DNA of 37,302 bases from contig JAKQQL010000103.1 in the NCBI GenBank assembly GCA_029564175.1, forward strand, positions 1-37,302. Reading direction: 5' to 3'. Positions 9,029-15,815 of the stretch are shown in pieces. A model generated the notes under the pieces. It was not told where the DNA came from, made no database searches, and was given only the letters and a program-made list of their open reading frames with translations. Position numbers and translations under genes: made by a program. The DNA is from Candidatus Cloacimonadota bacterium (GTDB taxonomy: Bacteria; Cloacimonadota; Cloacimonadia; Cloacimonadales; WRIO01). Each line of letters begins with the position of its first letter. Within the stretch, counting starts at the first letter, position 1.

Positions 9029-9415
9029 ATGATTGTAGAAATTAACAGAGAAAGAGCATTAGAACTGATCGAAAAGTCAGCCAAAGCAATTGCGGAAAGA
9101 AGAATGGCTTCTCCAGCAATTCTGGCGATTGAGTCGTTAAGACCTTTAAATTTTTTAGGGTCTCAAATTATGTATTTTTTAGCACCTTTTGCTCAGATTA
9201 TCTTTAACCCAAAAGAATATGAAGAATTTGCTGCAATGATAGAAAAAGACGAGTATATCCATCTCTTGCTCAAACGTATTGATGAACTCGATATTGAGTA
9301 TTTTGCTGAAGAAAGAAAACAGTCAAAACTCAAACGACAACGAAAATGGAAACGTGTAAAAGAAAATATAACAAAGATTTTTAAAAAAAATAAGAAAAAT
9401 GGAGGAAAAGTATGA
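9029..9415 (+). CDS. Conserved hypothetical protein, helical with a basic C-terminal tail
   Basis: 128-aa ORF with core AILAIESLRPLNFLGSQIMYFLAPF; ATGA overlap with the next gene. Confidence 0.8.
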   Translation: MIVEINRERALELIEKSAKAIAERRMASPAILAIESLRPLNFLGSQIMYFLAPFAQIIFNPKEYEEFAAMIEKDEYIHLLLKRIDELDIEYFAEERKQSKLKRQRKWKRVKENITKIFKKNKKNGGKV

Positions 9416-11292
9416 GCAGTGAACGACTAAATCGGATTATTGCAACCGACTGCGGAAGTACTACAACTAAAGCCATTTTAATAGAATATATTGAAGGCGA
9501 AGGTTATAGACAAACGATACGTGGAGAAGCTCCTACTACTGTGGAGGCACCTCTTAATGACGTGACCCGCGGTGTGGTCAATGCTGTGCAAGAACTTGAA
9601 GAACTTGCAAGATTGAAATACAAAAATGAAAACATTACTTTCCTGTTTGACGGACCAAACGGCGAAAAAGAAATCCTTATTCCCCGTAATGGTGACAAAG
9701 GTGTGGATGCTTATGTATCAACCAGTTCTGCCGGTGGTGGTTTACAGATGATGGTTACCGGTGTGGTTGCTAACATGACCGGTGAATCTGCTGAACGTGC
9801 TGCGCTTGGTGCAGGTGCGATTGTAATGGACGTAGTAGCGTCTAATGACAAACGTCTCAATCACGAAAAGATCGAACGTATCCGTGAATTAAGACCTGAT
9901 ATGATTCTGATGGCAGGTGGTGTAGATGGCGGTACTATTAAGCACGTGGTGGAAATGGCTGAATTAGTTTCTGCAGCTGATCCAAAACCACGTCTTGGTT
10001 CATCATACAAATTGCCAATTATTTATGCTGGAAATAAAACTGCAACCGATGCAATTAAAGAAACACTGGCAGATAAAGTAGAATTAATCTTATGTGATAA
10101 TATCCGTCCTACGCTGGAAAATGAAAACCTCGGACCTGCTCGTGACAAGATTCATGATTTATTCATGGAACACGTGATGCAACAAGCGCCTGGTTATCAT
10201 AAACTGATGGAATGGACTCGTGGTCCGTTGAATGGAAAATTACAGAATATTCCAATCATGCCAACCCCTGCTGCTGTGGGTAACATTATGAAAACCATTG
10301 CTCAGGAAGAACAGATTGAAGTATTGGGTGTGGATATTGGTGGTGCTACCACTGACGTATTCTCTGTTTTTACAGATGAATATATTTTCAACAGAACCGT
10401 ATCTGCCAATTTGGGTATGAGTTACAGTATTTCCAATGTATTGGCATCTGCAACGCTTCCAAACATTCTTCGTTGGGTTCCTTTTGATATTAATGAATCT
10501 GATCTTAGAAATATGATCAAGAATAAAATGATTCGTCCAACTACTATTCCTGCTCTGCTGGAAGAATTGGTATTGGAACAGGCGATCGCTAAGGAAGCTT
10601 TAAGACTGGCATTTATCCAACACAAGGAATTTGCCGTTTCTCTTAAGGGTATGCAACAAACCCGCGATATCTCTCAGGCATTTGAACAGACTACTTCTGG
10701 GGGAACCATAGTAAATATGATGACACTTGATCTGCTTGTTGGTAGTGGTGGCGTGCTTTCTCATGCGCCAAGAAGACATCAGACAGTGATGATGCTGATT
10801 GATGCTTTCCTGCCTGAAGGAATTACCCGTTTGGCTGTGGACTCTATCTTTATGATGCCTCACTTAGGCGTACTGGCGGAAATCAATCCGACTGCTGCTA
10901 CCGAAGTGTTTAATAAAGACTGTATGATTATGTTAGGTTCATGTGTGGCTCCGGTTGGTAAAATAAAACCGGATGCGGTTGCTCTGAGTGCTGAAATTCA
11001 TTTACCTGATGGTACTGTTTTCAAAGAAGACATCCGTTTTGGTGAAATGAGATTGTTACCTTGCGGTCTTGGTCAGAAAGCGAAAGCGATTCTAAAACCA
11101 GGTAAAGGTCTTGATCTGGGTGCAGGCAAAAACGAAACACGCGAAGTAGAATTACCTGGCGGTGTCGTTGGTATTGTTCTTGATACCCGTGGTAGAAGAC
11201 CATTTGTTCTCCCATCTGATAATTCTCGCATCCCATTACTCAAAAAATGGATGAAAGAACTCAAAGCTTACCCTGAACATATTTTATCATAG
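9412..11292 (+). CDS. GlmL/MutL-like ('glutamate mutase L') ASKHA actin-fold ATPase
   Basis: Phosphate-1 ATDCGSTTTK, APTTV, TSSAGGGL, ALGAGA, AGGVDGG, YAGN, MPTP, phosphate-2 VDIGGATTDV, RTVSANLGM, adenosine motif GSGGVLSH; RBS GGAGG. Not the DNA-repair MutL. Confidence 0.85.
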   Translation: MSSERLNRIIATDCGSTTTKAILIEYIEGEGYRQTIRGEAPTTVEAPLNDVTRGVVNAVQELEELARLKYKNENITFLFDGPNGEKEILIPRNGDKGVDAYVSTSSAGGGLQMMVTGVVANMTGESAERAALGAGAIVMDVVASNDKRLNHEKIERIRELRPDMILMAGGVDGGTIKHVVEMAELVSAADPKPRLGSSYKLPIIYAGNKTATDAIKETLADKVELILCDNIRPTLENENLGPARDKIHDLFMEHVMQQAPGYHKLMEWTRGPLNGKLQNIPIMPTPAAVGNIMKTIAQEEQIEVLGVDIGGATTDVFSVFTDEYIFNRTVSANLGMSYSISNVLASATLPNILRWVPFDINESDLRNMIKNKMIRPTTIPALLEELVLEQAIAKEALRLAFIQHKEFAVSLKGMQQTRDISQAFEQTTSGGTIVNMMTLDLLVGSGGVLSHAPRRHQTVMMLIDAFLPEGITRLAVDSIFMMPHLGVLAEINPTAATEVFNKDCMIMLGSCVAPVGKIKPDAVALSAEIHLPDGTVFKEDIRFGEMRLLPCGLGQKAKAILKPGKGLDLGAGKNETREVELPGGVVGIVLDTRGRRPFVLPSDNSRIPLLKKWMKELKAYPEHILS

Positions 11293-11301
11293 GAGGAAAA
11301 A

Positions 11302-12432
11302 ATGGCTCAAGCATATTCACCCGGATTAAGTGTAACTGATAGTATTGTTTTAAAGAAACAAAGAATATTGCCTTTAAAAGGCACCGTACTGGTTAAAAAA
11401 GGCGATAAGGTAAAAGCTGAAGACTTAGTAGCTGAAACCCATTTGCCTGGTAATGTTTTACCAATGAACCTGGCTAACAAATTAGGTGTCTCAGCCAATC
11501 TGGTGATGGAATACTTAAAAGTAAAACCGGGTCAGATTCTTAAAAAAGGAGACATCCTGGCTGAAAATAATGGTTTCTTTGGAACCGGTCTTTTCAAAAC
11601 CAAAATTGTTTCTCCGATTGATGGCGAAGTGGAAAGTATTTCTCACCATACTGGTCAGATTCTTTTACGCGAACCCAGAATCCCTGTTCAGATTAAAGCC
11701 TTTATTGATGGTGTTGTTGTTGATGTGATTCCTGAAGAAGGGGTTGTCATCGAAAACAAATCTGCTTATATTCAGGGTATTTTTGGTATCAGCGGTGAAG
11801 TAACCGGTGAACTGAAAATACTGGTTAAAGATGGTAATGAAGAATTAACCGATACTATGATCGACGCTTCCTGCAAAGGAAAATGTATCGTGGGCGGCTC
11901 AATGGTTAGTTTAAAAGCCATAAAAAAAGCGATTGAAGTGGGTGTTAATGGTATTATCTGTGGCGGTATTGACGATCAGGATATTAAAGCACTTTTAGGT
12001 TATGATATTGGTGTAGCGATTACCGGTCATGAACACTTAGGTGTTTCCATTCTGATTACCGAAGGCTTTGGTAAAATCAAGATGGCTGACAAAACCTTTG
12101 CACTACTTAAACGCTTTGAAGGTAAAAAAACATCTATGCATGGTAAAACCCAGATCCGTGCCGGTGTGATTCGCCCTGAAGTGATTATCCCTATTGAATT
12201 CAAAGAAGAAGAACTGATTGCTCAGGAAGCTGAAATGCCAACTTTGGAACCAGGTACTATCATCCGTATTATTCGCCAACCAAACTTTGGTGAAATTGGT
12301 ACAGTTACCAGACTGCCAGAAGAATTGCATACAGTAGAATCAGAGACAAAGGTTCGTATCCTTGAAGCTCAACTTGAAAACGGAAAGAAACTGATCTTAC
12401 CTCGTGCAAATGTGGAAGTAATCGAAACCTGA
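11302..12432 (+). CDS. Conserved hypothetical protein with barrel-sandwich-hybrid repeats, an alpha/beta core and a KOW-like C-terminus
   Basis: VLVKKGDKV, LKVKPGQILKKGDILA, SPIDGEV and AFIDGVV hybrid motifs; Gly-rich core (GIICGG, TEGFG); LEPGTIIRIIRQPNFGEIGTV KOW-like; RBS AGGAGG. Confidence 0.8.
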   Translation: MAQAYSPGLSVTDSIVLKKQRILPLKGTVLVKKGDKVKAEDLVAETHLPGNVLPMNLANKLGVSANLVMEYLKVKPGQILKKGDILAENNGFFGTGLFKTKIVSPIDGEVESISHHTGQILLREPRIPVQIKAFIDGVVVDVIPEEGVVIENKSAYIQGIFGISGEVTGELKILVKDGNEELTDTMIDASCKGKCIVGGSMVSLKAIKKAIEVGVNGIICGGIDDQDIKALLGYDIGVAITGHEHLGVSILITEGFGKIKMADKTFALLKRFEGKKTSMHGKTQIRAGVIRPEVIIPIEFKEEELIAQEAEMPTLEPGTIIRIIRQPNFGEIGTVTRLPEELHTVESETKVRILEAQLENGKKLILPRANVEVIET

Positions 12433-12455
12433 TCTCTATTTGATCAATAGATTTT

Positions 12456-12486
12456 AAAAAACGGCTGGTGCTAACCGGCCGTTTTT
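12456..12486 (+). terminator. Rho-independent terminator (potentially bidirectional)
   Basis: AAAAAA-CGGCTGGT-gcta-ACCGGCCG-TTTTT, about 25 bp after the stop at 12432. Confidence 0.85.
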
Positions 12487-12512
12487 GCTTTCGGATGCGG
12501 ATTGCTCTTATT

Positions 12513-12545
12513 AAGGCTGATCTGTTGATACAGGTCAGCCTTTTT
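12513..12545 (+). terminator. Second Rho-independent terminator-like hairpin
   Basis: AAGGCTGATCTG-ttgata-CAGGTCAGCC-TTTTT. Confidence 0.7.
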
Positions 12546-12774
12546 CTATTAGTGACGAGAATTGCTAAACAGCGGAGCGGAGAGCGAGTTAAGAACTACT
12601 TATTCAGAAATTTATACATAACTCAAAACCAACGATGTAGATCTAAGGTAAAGTATGCAAGTATAATACTTTCATAACGATGGAGGATCTCATTCACATT
12701 CTCAGCTCACTCGTTTGAAGGTTTTTACAAGCAGTTTTCAAAAGCGTACTCCAAAAAATGCTGTACCGATAAGT

Positions 12775-12832
12775 CTATTTTCTTCCTTCATTCCTATTCA
12801 ACACTTCTTCAACTCCTATTCTGTTTCTATTT
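12775..12832. repeat. Degenerate 11-bp-period pyrimidine-rich tandem repeat
   Basis: Units CTATTTTCTTC / CTTCATTCCTA / TTCAACACTTC / TTCAACTCCTA / TTCTGTTTCTA; TCCTATTC recurs 22 bp apart. Confidence 0.5.
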
Positions 12833-12906
12833 CCCAGAATCGATTCGTAAGGCAATTTTAGAAAGAAAATGAGTGGTTTTATTGAGCTTTTCTACAGGAT
12901 AGATAT

Positions 12907-12970
12907 GAATATAATAAGAGAATATCTCGTAGAATATCTGTTTTATACTCAACTGAAACGAGAATATTCT
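12907..12970. repeat. Clustered (A)GAATAT(CT) direct repeats ending in palindrome AGAATATTCT
   Basis: GAATAT at 12907, 12920, 12932 and 12962; AGAATATCT at 12919 and 12931; AGAATATTCT at 12961-12970. Confidence 0.45.
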
Positions 12971-13136
12971 AATATAAATGCTTGATCAGATTATTCAGTT
13001 TTTTAGATGAAACTACTTATGGAAAACGCAAGGAGAAAAGACATCCCCTTTCATTCACAATGAACTTATAAATGATACAAGAAAAACAAGAAAAAAAAGC
13101 ATGTTCCTCAAAAACGATAATTGTGTTATAAAGTCA

Positions 13137-13164
13137 TTGACAAAAAATAAAAGACAGTAAAAAT
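13137..13164 (+). promoter_or_regulatory. Putative promoter for cinA-purD
   Basis: Perfect TTGACA at 13137-13142 and A-rich TAAAAAT at 13158-13164, about 20 bp before the TTG start. The -10 is non-canonical. Confidence 0.45.
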
Positions 13165-13185
13165 GGAAGTTGAAGGAAGAATATT

Positions 13186-14430
13186 TTGGAGAAAGTAAAC
13201 ATAAAAGAGTCAATTGCGATCGTCAATATCGGTAATGAATTATTACTGGGACGAACGGTAAACACAAATTTAAGCTGGTTGGGAAATGAGCTTGCCAGTA
13301 TGGGACTGGAAGTCTCAAAAGCACTGATTATCCCTGATGACAGTGATTCTATCAAAGAAGTACTGGAACAGCTGATACCTGCTTATTCTCTGATTATTTT
13401 TACTGGGGGTTTAGGACCAACTAAGGATGATATCAGTAAAAAGGTGATTGCAGAGTACTTTGGTAAAGAGCTGATTTTTGATGAAAAAATATGGCTAAAA
13501 ATACAGGATATGTTTGCTTTTAGGAAAGTGCCTGTGCCTGAAATCAATAAAAACCAGGCTTTAGTTCCAAAAGATTTTACTATCCTTCAGAATGATATGG
13601 GAACTGCTCCAGGTCTATTTTATCATGAGAAAAACATGATGCTTTTTGCAATGCCGGGTGTACCTATTGAAATGAAGCATCTCTTTACTGAAAGAATCAA
13701 ACCTATTCTTGCAAAAGCCTGTTCAAATAAAGAGTGGTTTTTACAGACAATTAATACCTATGGGATTAGTGAATCTGCGATTGCTGAACTCATGGAAGTG
13801 TTGACGATTCCAGATAATGTTCATATTGCATGGTTACCACAAACTGGTCGCGTTGATATCAGAGTATATGGATCTGAAAAAAAAGCATGTCAGAAAGCTT
13901 ATGATGAAATTAAAGCACTTTTAAAGCCTTATATTTGGGGTGAAAATTATGCAAATGTAGCCCAGAAACTTCATGAACTTCTGATTACAAAACAAAAAAC
14001 AATTGCTTGTGCAGAGAGCTGTACCGGCGGTATGATACAGAAACTGCTGACTGATATGCCAGGATCTTCTGCTTATTTGCAGGGAGGGATTATTAGTTAC
14101 AGCAATGAGATAAAAGAACGATTGCTATATGTTCCTCATGAGATTATAGAACAGGATGGTGCAGTTAGTGAATCGTGTGCCAGAGCCATGATGGATGGGT
14201 TGAAAAAGAGCTTTAACAGTGATTTTAGGGTTTCTGTTACAGGAATTGCCGGACCAGATGGCGGAAGCGATTTGCCTGATGAGAAACCGGTCGGTCTGGT
14301 CTATATTGGTATTGCTTATGCTGAAATTGCAGAGATTTTTAAGATGAGATTTCTTGGTAACAGAGACTCAATACGGTTTAAGACAGCCGAGTTTGTGTTT
14401 TACCAGATGATAAAATGTTTGGAGAATTAA
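13186..14430 (+). CDS. cinA: Competence/damage-inducible protein A (MCF/ADP-ribose pyrophosphatase domain plus PncC NMN deamidase)
   Basis: GNELLLG..VNTN, TGGLGPTKDD, GTAPG, MPGVP.EM; C-terminal AESCTGG, PGSSAY, YSNEIK, GAVS, TGIAGPDGG, KPVGLV. TTG start. Confidence 0.95.
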   Translation: MEKVNIKESIAIVNIGNELLLGRTVNTNLSWLGNELASMGLEVSKALIIPDDSDSIKEVLEQLIPAYSLIIFTGGLGPTKDDISKKVIAEYFGKELIFDEKIWLKIQDMFAFRKVPVPEINKNQALVPKDFTILQNDMGTAPGLFYHEKNMMLFAMPGVPIEMKHLFTERIKPILAKACSNKEWFLQTINTYGISESAIAELMEVLTIPDNVHIAWLPQTGRVDIRVYGSEKKACQKAYDEIKALLKPYIWGENYANVAQKLHELLITKQKTIACAESCTGGMIQKLLTDMPGSSAYLQGGIISYSNEIKERLLYVPHEIIEQDGAVSESCARAMMDGLKKSFNSDFRVSVTGIAGPDGGSDLPDEKPVGLVYIGIAYAEIAEIFKMRFLGNRDSIRFKTAEFVFYQMIKCLEN

Positions 14431-15713
14431 TGAAAAATGTTTTGATAATTGGAAGTGGAGCTCGTGAACATGCGATAGCAGACGCTTTCAAACGAAGCAA
14501 AGGAATTGGTAAAATTTATGTCAGTCCTGGTAATGATGGAATCAAAAAGGAATTTGAATGTTTCAGCACAGAAGTGACTGATAAGGACAAACCTTTTGCA
14601 GAACTGATTGAACAGATAAAAGAAAAAAAAATTGATTATGTATTTGTAGGAAATGAGCAGGCATTATCTGATGGTATAGCAGATGAACTAGAAAATGCAG
14701 GTATTCCGGTTGTAGGTCCCTCTCAGAAGGCGGCTATGATTGAGAGCTCTAAAGTTTTTTCCAAGTTTATTATGAAAAAGTATCATGTTCCCACAGCTGA
14801 TTATCAAGTCTTTACAGCACACAAAGAAGCTTTGGGATATCTGAATAATGCACATTACCCTGTTGTTATAAAAGCCGATGGTTTAGCTGCTGGTAAAGGT
14901 GTGATGATTGCTAATGATTTACCAGAAGCTGAATCCGCATTAAAGCTGATATTCTTAGATAAGAAGTTTGGTTCAGCCGGCAATCAGGTGATTATAGAAA
15001 CCTTTTTAAAAGGGGAAGAAGCCTCCATTTTTGCATTTTCAGATGGACAATATTTTGTGAGTACCATTTTTGCTCAGGATCATAAAGCCATTTATGATGG
15101 TGACAAAGGTCCTAATACAGGTGGAATGGGCGCATTTGCACCGGTTGATAAGTTTTCTCATTTAAAAGAGAAGGTTGACAGAGAAATTTTTAAGCCTGTT
15201 CTTGATGGTATGAAAGCCGAAGGTACTCCGTTTAAAGGGGTATTGTTTGCCGGATTGATGATTGATAAAGATGAAATCAATGTCATCGAGTTTAACTGCC
15301 GCTTGGGTGACCCTGAAACAGAAGTGATTCTGCCATTAATGAAAACAGACTTTGCTCTGCTTTGTGAAGCGATCATCCAAAAACAAATTGATCAGATTGA
15401 ACTTGAATTTATCAATCAATATGCTGTAACAGTGGTCTCTGCATCTTTAGGCTATCCTGAATCATTTGAAAAGGGAAATCCTATTACAATCAATCAGACG
15501 ATTAAGAATTATCAGGGTCAGATATTTTATGCCGGTGTTAAACAGTCAGGCGATTATCTGGTAAACAATGGTGGTCGTGTATTGTGTGCTACTGCTCTGG
15601 CTGATACCCTAAAACTGGCAATTGATACGGCTTATCAGATGACAGCATGTGTCTCTTTTTCAAACCGATATTATCGTAAAGATATAGGACAAAAAGGGCT
15701 TGAAAAGAAATAA
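14430..15713 (+). CDS. purD: Phosphoribosylamine--glycine ligase
   Basis: IGSGAREHA, PGNDG, ESSKVFSK, KADGLAAGKGV, QDHK...GPNTGGMG, EFNCRLGDPE. Start set at the ATG at 14430 (TAATG overlap, RBS GGAG). Confidence 0.97.
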   Translation: MKNVLIIGSGAREHAIADAFKRSKGIGKIYVSPGNDGIKKEFECFSTEVTDKDKPFAELIEQIKEKKIDYVFVGNEQALSDGIADELENAGIPVVGPSQKAAMIESSKVFSKFIMKKYHVPTADYQVFTAHKEALGYLNNAHYPVVIKADGLAAGKGVMIANDLPEAESALKLIFLDKKFGSAGNQVIIETFLKGEEASIFAFSDGQYFVSTIFAQDHKAIYDGDKGPNTGGMGAFAPVDKFSHLKEKVDREIFKPVLDGMKAEGTPFKGVLFAGLMIDKDEINVIEFNCRLGDPETEVILPLMKTDFALLCEAIIQKQIDQIELEFINQYAVTVVSASLGYPESFEKGNPITINQTIKNYQGQIFYAGVKQSGDYLVNNGGRVLCATALADTLKLAIDTAYQMTACVSFSNRYYRKDIGQKGLEKK

Positions 15714-15728
15714 ATGTGAACAGATAGA

Positions 15729-15751
15729 CTGTTTGATGCACAATCAAACAG
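15729..15751. promoter_or_regulatory. Perfect 9-bp inverted repeat between purD and the C25 gene (terminator or operator)
   Basis: CTGTTTGAT-gcaca-ATCAAACAG; no U-tract on either side. Confidence 0.4.
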
Positions 15752-15815
15752 AATTAATAATGAAATTGCAAGCCAAAAGTATGCAATATGAATATAAAGG
15801 AATAAGGGACGGAAG

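Noticed and set aside
9412..11292. Annotation as DNA mismatch-repair MutL or as a catalytic methylaspartate mutase
   Set aside because: It has ASKHA rather than GHKL ATPase motifs, and no B12-binding or mutase TIM-barrel signature.
11290..11304. In-frame TAG between the MutL-like gene and the next gene (possible read-through fusion)
   Set aside because: The gap contains a strong AGGAGG RBS for independent initiation, in-frame spacing occurs one time in three by chance, and there are no pyl genes or recoding signals. The same reasoning applies to the prs TGA in frame with rplY.
12468..12677. 69-aa + strand ORF in the spacer
   Set aside because: It starts inside a terminator hairpin, crosses a second one, has no RBS and shows no recognisable motif.
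12600..13059. DnaA-box-like 9-mers (TTATTCAGA 12600, TTATACATA 12612, TCATTCACA 12690 and 13051) suggesting oriC
   Set aside because: All deviate from TTATNCACA, such matches are expected in AT-rich DNA, no dnaA/dnaN/gidA is nearby, and gene orientation does not switch.
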